A DNA stretch of 64,000 bases from an uncultured Thermococci archaeon (GTDB taxonomy: Archaea > CAYQAE01 > CAYVLA01): assembly GCA_964549615.1 (NCBI GenBank), contig CAZJVP010000048.1, positions 4,896 through 68,895 of the forward strand, in the 5' to 3' direction. This document shows, in pieces, positions 18,090 through 27,481 of the stretch; position 1 is the first letter of the stretch, and each line of letters starts with the position of its first letter. The position numbers and the translations under genes were made by a program. The notes below the pieces were generated by a model. That model searched no databases. It was not told where the DNA came from and was given only the letters and a program-made list of their open reading frames with translations.

Positions 18090-18781
18090 TGGGCGGGGGC
18101 TGGGCATTGAAGATCAGGACGCCCGTTATCGTGCTCAACGTGAAGGCTTATGCCGAATCCTCGGGCGAGAGGGGCGTAGCGCTTCTCAAGGCGTGCGAGG
18201 AAGCATCCGAAGAGACTGGCGCGTCCATAGTGATCTGCCCCCAGCAGGTCCAGCTGGCCCTCATCGCCAAGCAGTCGAGGATCCCGGTCTTCGCGCAAAG
18301 CGTCGATGCCCTCGACCCGGGCAGCCAGACGGGCTGGGTAACGCTTCAGTCCATAAAGGCGGTGGGCGCGGCCGGAACGCTAGTCAACCACTCGGAGCAC
18401 AGGCTAAAACTGGCGGAGATCGAGTGGATCGTCTCCAAGGCAAGGGAGATGGACCTCGTCACCTGCGTGTGCACCAACAATGTCCCGGTCAGCATGGCAG
18501 CGGCTGCGGTGTCGCCCGACTTCGTCGCGGTGGAGCCCCCGGAGCTGATCGGATCGGGCATCGCGGTCTCCAGGGCTGACCCTCAGATCGTGCGCAACAG
18601 CGTCGACGCCGTCAAGAAGGTCAACAGAAAGGTCACCGTTCTTTGCGGCGCCGGGATAACCACAGGCGACGACGTCAAGGCCGCGATCGAGCTGGGCTCG
18701 GAGGGAGTACTCCTCGCCTCCGGAGTGGTCAAGGCCAAGAATCCCAAGGCCGCGATCCTGGATCTCTGCAAGGGCGTGTAG
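18089..18781 (+). CDS. tpiA: Triosephosphate isomerase (archaeal type)
   Basis: VIVLNVKAYAES, NHSEHRL and VAVEPPELIGSG motifs, ~225 aa. The start overlaps the fbp stop. Confidence 0.9.
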   Translation: MGGGWALKIRTPVIVLNVKAYAESSGERGVALLKACEEASEETGASIVICPQQVQLALIAKQSRIPVFAQSVDALDPGSQTGWVTLQSIKAVGAAGTLVNHSEHRLKLAEIEWIVSKAREMDLVTCVCTNNVPVSMAAAAVSPDFVAVEPPELIGSGIAVSRADPQIVRNSVDAVKKVNRKVTVLCGAGITTGDDVKAAIELGSEGVLLASGVVKAKNPKAAILDLCKGV

Positions 18782-18847
18782 TCCGGCCCTTGCAATCGCT
18801 GCGAAAAATAGATCAAGTCAGCGGGAGCTCGGCCGGCCGGTGAGCGA

Positions 18848-19858
18848 ATGGGCCTAGATGTGATCTCGCTCGGGGAGGCCTTGATCGACTTCATCTCCCT
18901 TAAGCCCGGAGTGTCTCTCGAGGACGCGCCCGGATTCGAGAAGTGCCCTGGGGGAGCACCGGCCAACTTCGCCGTGGCCTGCGCCAGACTCGGGCTTTCG
19001 ACTGGCTTCATAGGCAAGGTTGGCGACGATGCGTTCGGACGATTCCTGGCGGCCACGCTCGCAAGCAACGGGGTCGATGTCTCGCAGGTGAAGTATTCCG
19101 AACACAGGACCGCGCTGGCGTTCGTGTCCATTGCCAAGAACGGCGAGAGGCATTTCATGTTCTACCGCCGCCCCTGCGCGGACCTGATGCTTGAGGAAAG
19201 GGAGATCGACCCGGGCTACATCTCGGGCGCAAAGATCCTGCACTTCGGAACGGTCAGCCTTTCCGAGAGCCCTGCCAGGGAGGCAACCATGAAGGCCGTG
19301 CAATGCGCGAGGGAGGCCGGCGTGCAGGTATCCTTCGACCCCAACATCAGGTTCCATCTCTGGGCCAAAGAACCGGATGAGATAAGAGAGGACGTCATCT
19401 CGGTCACAAGAACGTGCGACATATTCCTGCCCTCGGAGGAGGAGGCGCGGTTTTTGTCGGGGATGGATGTCCGGGCCTCGATTGACGAGTTTCTTTCATG
19501 GGGTCCGAAAACGATCGCCATCAAGCTCGGCGAACGCGGGTGCGTTGTTGGGGACAAAACCAAGACCGCAGAGGTCCCCGGAATAAAGGCTAGGGCCGTC
19601 GACACAACCGGTGCGGGCGACGGATTCGATGCTGGCTTCATCTTCGGGCTCCTTCAGGGACATGGACTTGAGCGAGCCGCGCTCTACGCTAACGCGGTCG
19701 GAAGCCTCGTCGTGCGAAAGAGGGGTGCTATGACGTCGCTGCCCTCCAGGCGCGAGGTTGAGCGGCTTGTCAGCAAGGTGCTTGCCCGGAGTCAGAGCCG
19801 ATCACACCACACTGCAAAACGGAGGGCGCACCGACGCACCAAGAAACCTACCGGATGA
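18848..19858 (+). CDS. PfkB-family sugar kinase (fructokinase / KDG-kinase-like)
   Basis: N-terminal GEALIDF and the PGGAPANFAV motif, plus the C-terminal PfkB signature DTTGAGDGFDAGF. Confidence 0.85.
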   Translation: MGLDVISLGEALIDFISLKPGVSLEDAPGFEKCPGGAPANFAVACARLGLSTGFIGKVGDDAFGRFLAATLASNGVDVSQVKYSEHRTALAFVSIAKNGERHFMFYRRPCADLMLEEREIDPGYISGAKILHFGTVSLSESPAREATMKAVQCAREAGVQVSFDPNIRFHLWAKEPDEIREDVISVTRTCDIFLPSEEEARFLSGMDVRASIDEFLSWGPKTIAIKLGERGCVVGDKTKTAEVPGIKARAVDTTGAGDGFDAGFIFGLLQGHGLERAALYANAVGSLVVRKRGAMTSLPSRREVERLVSKVLARSQSRSHHTAKRRAHRRTKKPTG

Positions 19859-20141
19859 AGCCCTTCGGGCCGGCGTCCAAGCGGGGTCCTGCGTCCTGAA
19901 AGGGAGGAGCGGGAAGCCGGAGACTTTCAGCGCAGTCCCGCTCGGCTACGCAGATATGCGCGTTGACGCATAGCTCGGCGCAACCATCAGGGCCGGGAAG
20001 AAGGCAAGACCCAGTCACGCCACACCAGCCCACACGGAGATGCCGCCGAGAAATGTGCCCTCATCGCCTGGGATCCATCTCATGGGACGCTAAGAAGCCC
20101 CGGTAGTGGAGAAATCGGTCGGCCAAATGTACAAACCGCAT

Positions 20142-20525
20142 CTACACGTAGTCCACAAGAAATGAGCTTCGCTCGACACATTCTCTGTGCCTGACGAGCA
20201 TCTGCTCGATGGCTTGCCTGAGCGAGTCCCTTCCGACCAAGCCGACCAACGATCCTATTGGCCTTCCCTCGCAGTAGAACACGAGCGTCGGAGTCGAGAA
20301 CACCCCGTTCGTGGCCGCAATGACCTTGTTCTCGGCGCTCTCCAAGATGTTCAGCCTGGCGAACTTGACCTTTCCCCGGAACTCTTCCGAGATCTCATCG
20401 AGTATCGGCTCAAGCATCCTGCACCAGGGACATGCCTGATGCCAGAACTCGACCAACACCAGATCCTTCGAGGCCGCGACCCGATCTCTCCAGTTTCCCG
20501 CGTCCACATCCATAACGGCACTCAA
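20142..20525 (-). CDS. Thioredoxin-fold protein with CPWC active site
   Basis: VEFWHQACPWCRMLEPILDEI matches the thioredoxin W-C-x-x-C context; 127 aa. Confidence 0.85.
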   Translation of the reverse strand: MSAVMDVDAGNWRDRVAASKDLVLVEFWHQACPWCRMLEPILDEISEEFRGKVKFARLNILESAENKVIAATNGVFSTPTLVFYCEGRPIGSLVGLVGRDSLRQAIEQMLVRHRECVERSSFLVDYV

Positions 20526-20537
20526 GCCTGCTCTCCC

Positions 20538-21083
20538 CTATCTGGCTTCCGCCTCCCTTATGGACCTTGGCCTGAACTGGGTCACGCCCTCGGGGCTAGA
20601 GTAGTCCGGAATCATAAACGAGTCCCACTTCCCCTTGAGCTCCACCTCTTTCCCGACGAACTTGTCGAGCACTTTAGCCGACTGCCATGCCTCGGTTCCC
20701 GACGAGAGGATCACGTAATACTTGGTCCCGTTCATCTCGAAGCTGGGCCGAACGTCCGACTCGCCAAGGCGTATGCGGTGGGTCCACCCCTTCTTGTAGA
20801 AGTTGAGGTACTGGCCTTGAAGGCCCTCTTTGCTGATGCGGTCGACCTCGTCCTCCGAGATGAATGTGGGGTCGCCCTCCTTTGGCACCGCGAGGACCAC
20901 CATGTCGTTCGCCTCTAGGATTCCCCGCACGATCTCCTCCTGTCCCGGGAGCTGGTCGTACAGATAGACGGCCCGCGGAACCTGGATCCAGCCGGCGTCC
21001 CTTCCGCTGCCCACAATCACGTAGGCCGCGACGCCAACTCCGACCGCCACCGCCAAGACGATGTAGGGCGCCAGTCTCGACAC
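20538..21083 (-). CDS. Hypothetical membrane-anchored protein
   Basis: N-terminal TM APYIVLAVAVGVGVAAYVIV followed by a soluble domain. It sits between nfnB and the trx gene with 34- and 12-nt gaps. The antisense ORF is Arg/Pro-rich. Confidence 0.6.
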   Translation of the reverse strand: MSRLAPYIVLAVAVGVGVAAYVIVGSGRDAGWIQVPRAVYLYDQLPGQEEIVRGILEANDMVVLAVPKEGDPTFISEDEVDRISKEGLQGQYLNFYKKGWTHRIRLGESDVRPSFEMNGTKYYVILSSGTEAWQSAKVLDKFVGKEVELKGKWDSFMIPDYSSPEGVTQFRPRSIREAEAR

Positions 21084-21117
21084 GGAAATCTCTCGCGGCG
21101 GTCGCTGATATTTCCTT

Positions 21118-22521
21118 CTAGCCCGCGGAGAGGTATTCGTGGATCGCCTTTGCCGCTAGCCGCCCTGCGCCCATCGCAGCTATCACCGTGGCCTCACCGG
21201 TCACGATGTCCCCGCCCGCATATACGCCCTTCTTGGAGGTCTTTCCGGTCGTGGGGTCGGCAACGAAGTACCCCCACTCGTTCACCTTCAGGTCCTTTGT
21301 CGTTGAGGAGATGAGGGGGTTGGGCCCCTGCCCTATGGCCACCACGACCGTGTCGATTTCCTTCTCGAACTCGGATCCCGGGACCGGCACCGGCCTCCGC
21401 CGGCCGGAGCTGTCGGGCTCTCCAAGCTGCATCCTCTGGCACCTCATCGCCCTCAGCCGCCCCTGGCCATCGCCGAGATAGGCGACGGGCACAGTGAGGA
21501 ACTCGAACTTCACCCCTTCCTCTTCGGCGTTCTCAACCTCCTCCCGCCTCGCAGGCATCTCGGCCCTGGAGCGCCGATAGACGACGGTGACCTCCTTTGC
21601 CCCGTAGCGCAGGGCGCTTCTCGCCGCGTCCATGGTCACGTTGCCCCCACCTATCACCGCGACCCTCCTGCCCACCTTTATCGGAGTGTGGTACTCAGGA
21701 AACCGATATGCCTTCATGAGGTTGGTTCTCGTGAGAAATTCGTTGGCCGAGTACACGCCGCAGAGGTTTTCGCCCGGTATCCCCATGAACTTCGGCAGCC
21801 CCGCGCCGCTCCCGATGAAGACGGCGTCGTAGCCGGAGCTAAGAAGCTCGTCTATGGATGCCGTTCGGCCGACGATGAAATTCGTTCTGATCTCAACGCC
21901 GAGAGCCTTGAGCGTATCGATCTCCCTCTGCACTATGGCCTTGGGAAGCCGAAACTCCGGTATGCCGTACACCAAGACCCCACCTGGCTTGTGAAGGGCC
22001 TCGAAGATGGTGACCTTGTGGCCCAGCCGGGCAAGGTCGCCGGCGACGGTAAGGCCGGCCGGCCCCGATCCGATGACAGCCACCCTCTTCCCCGTGGGAG
22101 CCGCGACGCTGGGAATGAAGACGTTCGATGAGCGAGCCTCCCAGTCGGCCGCGAACCTCTCCAACCTGCCGATGGCCACCGGTTCGCCGTGCCTGCCGAG
22201 CACGCATGCCTCCTCGCACTGCGTTTCCTGGGGACATACCCGGCCGCAGATCGCGGGGAAGACGTTGTCCCTCTTGATCCGGACGACAGCGCCCTGAAAG
22301 TCCCCTTTGGCGATCAGGCCTATGAAACCCGGGATGTCTATCTGGACCGGACACCCGGAGACGCAGCGCGGCTTCTTGCACTGAAGGCATCTGCTTGCCT
22401 CGGCGACGGCTTGCTCGGGCCCGTAGCCCAGGGCGACCTCGTCGAAGTTACCCGTTCGTCTCGTCGGGTCTTGCTTGGGCATGGGTGTCTTCGTCTTGCT
22501 CGGAACAGGCATCCTCAGCAC
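21118..22521 (-). CDS. nfnB: NfnB/SudA-type subunit (GltD-like FAD/NADPH oxidoreductase with two [4Fe-4S] sites)
   Basis: Cys clusters CLQCKKPRCVSGCP and CGRVCPQETQCEEAC, with dinucleotide folds VAVIGSGPAGLT and VAVIGGGNVTMDAA. Confidence 0.85.
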   Translation of the reverse strand: MLRMPVPSKTKTPMPKQDPTRRTGNFDEVALGYGPEQAVAEASRCLQCKKPRCVSGCPVQIDIPGFIGLIAKGDFQGAVVRIKRDNVFPAICGRVCPQETQCEEACVLGRHGEPVAIGRLERFAADWEARSSNVFIPSVAAPTGKRVAVIGSGPAGLTVAGDLARLGHKVTIFEALHKPGGVLVYGIPEFRLPKAIVQREIDTLKALGVEIRTNFIVGRTASIDELLSSGYDAVFIGSGAGLPKFMGIPGENLCGVYSANEFLTRTNLMKAYRFPEYHTPIKVGRRVAVIGGGNVTMDAARSALRYGAKEVTVVYRRSRAEMPARREEVENAEEEGVKFEFLTVPVAYLGDGQGRLRAMRCQRMQLGEPDSSGRRRPVPVPGSEFEKEIDTVVVAIGQGPNPLISSTTKDLKVNEWGYFVADPTTGKTSKKGVYAGGDIVTGEATVIAAMGAGRLAAKAIHEYLSAG

Positions 22522-23339
22522 CTGCTGCGTGCCTCAAGCGCGCACCTCTCCTCCTCAAGATAGAAACTCTGCCTCTTCAGCAGAAGGTCGAAATCGACTT
22601 GGTGGGCATCGAACTCGGGACCGTCCACGCACGCGAACTTCGTTTTCCCGCCCACCTCCACCCTGCACCCACCGCACATCCCCGTCGCATCGACCATGAT
22701 GGGGTTGAGGCTTACGACGGTCCGGATGGAGTGGGGGCGTGTGGTGTTGGCGACTGCCCTCATCATGACGGCGGGGCCGACCGCGTACACGTAGTCTATC
22801 TTCCTCCCCGACGAGATCAGGTCCTGAAGGACCGTGGTGACGAAACCCTTCCTCCCGTAGGTTCCGTCATCGGTCGTGATGTACAGCTCGTCCGATATCC
22901 TTCGGAAATCGTCTTCCAGTATCACCAGATCCTTGGTCCTTGCGCCGACTATGGAGATCACGTAATTGCCCGCTTGCTTAAGCGCTCGGGCCACCGGAAG
23001 GACGCAGGCTGACCCGATGCCCCCGCCGACCACGACGCACGCTCCGTACCGTTCGATCTCCGATGGTCTGCCGAGCGGCCCGGCCACATCAAGCAGCCTG
23101 TCTCCCTCAGCCAGGCTGCCCAAGAGCATCGTGGTCTTACCGATCTCCAGGAACACTAGCGTGATGGTGCCCTTATCCGGATCGGCATCCTGAATGGTCA
23201 GGGGTATTCGCTCGCCCTGCTCGTTGATCCTTATGATGACGAACTGGCCCGGAAGGGCTTTGCGAGCTATCTCGGGCGCGTCGACTTCGATCCTCTTTAT
23301 CTTGTCTGCTAGGATGGTCTTCTTGACTATCGCGTTCAT
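22515..23339 (-). CDS. nfnA: NfnA/SudB-type subunit (PyrK-like FAD/[2Fe-2S] electron-transfer subunit)
   Basis: PyrK-like ferredoxin-reductase fold and C-terminal GMCGGCRV...FACVDGPEF cluster motif. Overlaps the nfnB start by 7 nt. Confidence 0.85.
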   Translation of the reverse strand: MNAIVKKTILADKIKRIEVDAPEIARKALPGQFVIIRINEQGERIPLTIQDADPDKGTITLVFLEIGKTTMLLGSLAEGDRLLDVAGPLGRPSEIERYGACVVVGGGIGSACVLPVARALKQAGNYVISIVGARTKDLVILEDDFRRISDELYITTDDGTYGRKGFVTTVLQDLISSGRKIDYVYAVGPAVMMRAVANTTRPHSIRTVVSLNPIMVDATGMCGGCRVEVGGKTKFACVDGPEFDAHQVDFDLLLKRQSFYLEEERCALEARSRC

Positions 23340-23717
23340 GGCGCCCAGCCGGAAACAACGGAGTTGATAAGTATTCTACCGTGGCGGATCTGTGCGCCAC
23401 TTGCCGCAGGGCCGAATCCTGAAGTCGCAGCCCGACCCCAGCGGACCCGAAGCGGAGGGGCCTCACAGCGGACCCCAATCTGGTCAAGCCGTAGAGGAAA
23501 CTGCGATCCAAGGCGCGGGCCGAGCTTGAAGCTTTTCATGCACGGGCGGACCCGCACCGGACGACATCACGGCTCGGCAGCCCCGGGTGCTAGTGACAGC
23601 GCGATCTCACGGGCTGCTCGCAGGACCGAAGGAGTTCGGTGAGGATCAGAGAAGCACTGCCGCAGGGCCCTCTCGCAAGTTTCCGGAGGGAAGCGAACGG
23701 GGGTCTCATGGCCGGAG

Positions 23718-24173
23718 CTAGTCCTTGAGCAGTTCGATCGCTTCTTGGATCGCGAACTTCACCCTCTCCGTGCAGGCGAAGTCGTGCACGCTTCGGCAGT
23801 ACTCCTTCAGACCCTCCGGCGTCTTGATGTCCAGCTTGGTGAGCTCCCGACAGGTGACCGCGCCCCACCGCCTCCTGAAGTCCTGTATGAACTTGTCGAC
23901 CCTTTGCCATGTCGCCTGGGGGCTCTGCAGATTATCCGTCCTGCCGTACTTCAGGCCGATGGCCATTGCCGCCCCCGATATGGTGCCGCAGGTGAGCCCG
24001 TTCACGGAGAACCCAGCACCGACCCCCGTGGCCATATTCGGGATCAGGTCGGAGTCGACCCCGGTACTCGCTAACCGCAAGCAGCACGCTCTCGCATCAG
24101 TTATACGGCCGGCCCTGCGGAAAGTTGGGGGCCGGTCACAGAAGTATCCTGCTGCCTTCTCCGGCAATTCCAC
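23718..24173 (-). CDS. C_GCAxxG_C_C family putative redox-active protein
   Basis: NGLTCGTISGAAMAIGLKYG core plus conserved downstream Cys residues (GAVTCRELT, FACTERV); 151 aa. Confidence 0.7.
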   Translation of the reverse strand: MELPEKAAGYFCDRPPTFRRAGRITDARACCLRLASTGVDSDLIPNMATGVGAGFSVNGLTCGTISGAAMAIGLKYGRTDNLQSPQATWQRVDKFIQDFRRRWGAVTCRELTKLDIKTPEGLKEYCRSVHDFACTERVKFAIQEAIELLKD

Positions 24174-25036
24174 GACGGTGGTCGCGCCAATTCTTCCGGC
24201 TGCCCTTGTGCGTGGTCCCTAACTGATGGCCCTGGTCCCCCCTGATGAGGTCCCTGTGCACACTTCGACACGTCGGACTACGGGCACCAGGGCGTTGAGC
24301 AACGAGGAGAAAGCGCCGCAGCCCCGACGGTGGCCCGGCGGAGAACATCCGCTTCAAGGCGCTCGGGGGAGGGGTTGCTCACTCACTCCGCAGCAAGTTG
24401 AAGGACCACCGGGTCCCGCAGGACTGTGAGGCGTGCTGAAGACAAGGATTTTCGTCCATGATGCACAAGATGCTTCATTGAGCGTCGGCGACGACCCTAG
24501 CGCAGAATCCGGCCTGAACTGGGAGCCGACGACAGCGAAGTGAGCGGCTGCCCCTCAAGCCGGATTGCATCTTGCTTTGGGCTAGGAAATGGATGACGAT
24601 TCGGAACCTCTGCCGAAGTGTGATGATAGCCCGGCTCGGATTCGAACTCCCCAGAAGCGTCAAAACAAGCTTCTTCCGAGGTCTCGGGCTCTCCCTCGGC
24701 CGATGGCCGACCAAAGGCCCGAATGATTGACCGCTACACTCGGCGGAGGCATCATCCTCCTCCACCGGGCTTTCCGGGCTGACAGGCCCAGGACAAAGAT
24801 TCTAATAAATCTCTCATCCGATGCCCTGCTCCTTTCGGTACCCGATCTTCACTCATTGCCTTGAACCTTGAGGCGAGTGCGAGCGGGAGGCGGGACTGAC
24901 TCTTGGATTGGCCCGATCGCAGGACCCTTGATCCGGAGTCCTGATCAGGAGTCTGGACCTCCACATCCTGTCTCTCTGGCGTTCCTTGAGCCGGATCTCG
25001 GTTCCTGGGACAAGCAGACTGAGTCGCACGTTGGCT

Positions 25037-26194
25037 ATGGATCAGCACAGCGTCGATTATCCCCTCTTGGAAGGATTGCGGCGTGGTCTGGAAATCAATA
25101 AATACCGAAGTCAATCGATAGCTAGCGAATTGGGCGACCAAGCGGGGAAGGGCGAGGGAATCCAGAAGAGCAAGCTGTACGAGATGCTCATGGAAAAGAA
25201 GGGCTACACTGCCGATCAGCTGATGCAGGAGATCGAGAAGAAGAGAGCCGAATACGACATGCTGACCGACGAGGGGGCCCTCGTGCTCATCGCCAACGAG
25301 GCGGGGATAGTCCTAGAAGAGCCGGCCAAGATCTCCACCATGAAGATAGCCGACCTCAAGCCCGGCATGCAGGACCTCGACATCGTGGGGCGGGTGGTGC
25401 GCATAACGCCGCCTAGAGACTTCACCCGCAGGGACGGGTCGACGGGATACGTCTGCAGCCTCATCCTCTCCGACAACACCGCCTCGGTGAGGCTCACGCT
25501 CTGGGATCAGGAATGCAGGCTGCTTGAGGACATCAAGGAAAACGACATCCTCAGGGTGGTCGGCGGGGTCTGTCGATCGGGCCCGCGCGGAGTTGAGATC
25601 CACACCGGGCGAAGAGCCAGGTTCGCTCTCAACCCCTCCGCATCCGAGGATCCCCGCGTGCAGAACCTCGGCGAAGTCGTCCCGCCGACGGAGCCCCCGG
25701 CGCTGAGGAAGAGGATCGCTGAGCTTGATGAGGGGGATGCCAACATCGAGATCAGGGCGACCATCGTCAGGTTCTACCGCGTCTGGACCTACGACGCCTG
25801 CCCAACCTGCGGGCGCAAGGTGTCCGAAAGCCGCTGCCAGATCTGCGGTGACGTGGAGGCAGTGCCGAGGGCGATCTTGGACGTGGGATTGGATGACTCA
25901 TCGGGCTTCATTAGGGCGAAACTCTTTGGCCAGACGGCGGAGGAGCTGCTCGGCTCGACGGCTATGGAGATTCGACGCGGCATCGAAATGCTGCTTGGAA
26001 AGGGGATGGAACCGAGGCGGGCGTCGGAAGAGTATCTAAGCCGAAACCATTCCGATGCCCTCGGTCGCGAAGTCGTGTTACGAGGCAGAGTGGCGGTAGA
26101 CGAATACCGGGGCCTGATGCTTTCGGTTGAGTCCATCCGAGATGCTGATCCGGTGGAGGAGGCGAAACTCATTCTCAAGGAGGTGGGCCTCTAG
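25037..26194 (+). CDS. Replication protein A large subunit (RPA41-like; OB folds plus zinc ribbon)
   Basis: N-terminal KLYEML...LTDEGALVLIANEAGI, OB-fold blocks (DLDIVGRVVRI..., VRLTLWD) and the C4 ribbon CPTCGRKVSESRCQICG. Start uncertain (ATG at 25037, 25184 or 25190). Confidence 0.8.
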   Translation: MDQHSVDYPLLEGLRRGLEINKYRSQSIASELGDQAGKGEGIQKSKLYEMLMEKKGYTADQLMQEIEKKRAEYDMLTDEGALVLIANEAGIVLEEPAKISTMKIADLKPGMQDLDIVGRVVRITPPRDFTRRDGSTGYVCSLILSDNTASVRLTLWDQECRLLEDIKENDILRVVGGVCRSGPRGVEIHTGRRARFALNPSASEDPRVQNLGEVVPPTEPPALRKRIAELDEGDANIEIRATIVRFYRVWTYDACPTCGRKVSESRCQICGDVEAVPRAILDVGLDDSSGFIRAKLFGQTAEELLGSTAMEIRRGIEMLLGKGMEPRRASEEYLSRNHSDALGREVVLRGRVAVDEYRGLMLSVESIRDADPVEEAKLILKEVGL

Positions 26195-26195
26195 C

Positions 26196-26573
26196 ATGCA
26201 GGAACAACCCGGAGCCCAGACATCATCTGAACAGGGATCGGAGTTCGAGGAGTTCGCCCGAGAGAAGCGGGTCGGCGAGATCACTGGCGCCGAGCCATGG
26301 ATCAGCCTAATAGGCACCGTCATCTCGAGAAACACTGCGGACTCCTCGATGGTCCTCGATGACGGAACCGGACAGATAACCGTGAAAGCAGCAAAACTAC
26401 CCGAGCCTGGAAGTCTCGTTAGGGTCGTTGGCAGGGCATTTACTTCAGCCGGCAGGGTGGCGATCGATGGGGTGATCGTGCAGGATTTTTCGTGCTTTGA
26501 TGTGAATCTCTATAGAAAGGTCCTTGATCTGGAGGAGAGGGCATACAGTCCAGAAGGCGACTTCCATCCGTGA
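26196..26573 (+). CDS. Small OB-fold protein, RPA14-like subunit
   Basis: Single OB-like block ISLIGTVISRNTADSSMVLDDGTGQITVKA...VRVVGR. The ATG follows the stop of the large subunit directly. The ORF-track start at 26127 overlaps the upstream gene. Confidence 0.65.
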   Translation: MQEQPGAQTSSEQGSEFEEFAREKRVGEITGAEPWISLIGTVISRNTADSSMVLDDGTGQITVKAAKLPEPGSLVRVVGRAFTSAGRVAIDGVIVQDFSCFDVNLYRKVLDLEERAYSPEGDFHP

Positions 26574-27280
26574 GGATCCGGATCTCGGAAGTGCTATCAT
26601 CGGAGTTCGTGCGAAGCGAAAGCGACTTTGAGCCCAGCTACGTCCTCACGCGCTTCAAGAAAAAGATCCACAGGGTGAAGGTGGTGGGGACGGTCAGGTC
26701 GCCGCCCATCTTCGGATCTGACAACACATACGCCCGGTTCCAGCTCGATGATTCCACCGGCGTCATATGGGTTTCCGCCTTCCACGGCCGGGTCGCCATG
26801 GTCGAGGGGATTGCACAGGGCGACATGGTCCAGATCGTGGCGACTGTGAACGAGTACCGCGGGAGGCTAGAGCTCATCGCCGAGTGCATCCGGAAGGTGA
26901 GTCCAAACTTCTGGTTGCTCCACCGCGCGGAGGCCGCAAGGTCAGAGCTTGAGGACAGGAAGGAGTATGAGAAGCTCAGATCGATCGCCGTACATGAGAG
27001 GAACATCCAGGAGGCAAAGGAGGCCGCGAGGGAGATAGGCATCGACGCAGAGGTCGAACCCATCCGCGTGGAGATCCCGACCAAAGAGGATGAAGATCTC
27101 GGGAGCAAGGTACTGGGCCTGATCTCAGAGTTGGACGCAGGGGGCGGAGTCTCCCTGCGGGAGATAGCGCGGGCCCTGAAAGGATCTCATTCGGAGGATG
27201 AGATCGAATCTGCAGTAAACAAGCTCCTGGACGACGGCGAGATATACGAACCGACGGTTGGAAGATATTCTAGGATATGA
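26570..27280 (+). CDS. RPA32-like subunit (OB fold plus C-terminal winged helix)
   Basis: OB block VKVVGTVRSPPIFGSDNTYARFQLDDSTGVIWVSAF...VNEYRGRLELI and C-terminal wHTH-like VSLREIARALKGSHSEDEIESAVNKLLDDGEIYEP. 4-nt overlap with the upstream gene. Confidence 0.7.
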   Translation: MRIRISEVLSSEFVRSESDFEPSYVLTRFKKKIHRVKVVGTVRSPPIFGSDNTYARFQLDDSTGVIWVSAFHGRVAMVEGIAQGDMVQIVATVNEYRGRLELIAECIRKVSPNFWLLHRAEAARSELEDRKEYEKLRSIAVHERNIQEAKEAAREIGIDAEVEPIRVEIPTKEDEDLGSKVLGLISELDAGGGVSLREIARALKGSHSEDEIESAVNKLLDDGEIYEPTVGRYSRI

Positions 27281-27481
27281 GACAGAGGGCAATGCCCCGT
27301 CCATCCCAGCACGCTCATTCTTGGTGGCGGGCCATCTGAGAAGATTTTAATCCGGACAACGTCAGGTCGGGCCGGGCGAGATCTGATGCCCTTTGCCTGC
27401 CTGGCTTGAGGCCGCGCCCATCCGCGGTCACGTCTCGCCGTCTGCACCGGGTTGATTGGGGCTTCGGAGTCGTGACACTTC

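Noticed and set aside
20187-20918. 243-aa plus-strand ORF across the thioredoxin and membrane-protein genes.
   Set aside because: It lies antisense to a thioredoxin with an intact CPWC site. Its composition is Pro/Arg/Leu-rich.
23681-23700. TTCCGGAGGGAAGCGAACGG resembles the SRP RNA helix 8 apex (GNAR tetraloop followed by an AGCA-like loop).
   Set aside because: A full SRP RNA on this strand would have to extend ~100 nt into the 23718-24173 CDS. The 5' side of the symmetric loop does not match, and I could not trace helices 5 and 6. Needs an Infernal scan to be certain.
24638-24647. GGATTCGAAC, the reverse complement of a tRNA T-loop consensus (GTTCGAATCC), which could indicate a tRNA gene or an att-site remnant.
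   Set aside because: The flanking bases cannot form a 5-bp T stem on either strand (at most 3 bp). No acceptor or D arm can be drawn, and a 10-mer match is within chance expectation for 64 kb.
24475-25141. Minus-strand ORFs 24475-24765 and 24752-25141 in the long intergenic interval.
   Set aside because: Ser/Arg/Pro/Gln-rich, with no start context and no recognisable domain. The interval is kept as non-coding of unknown function.
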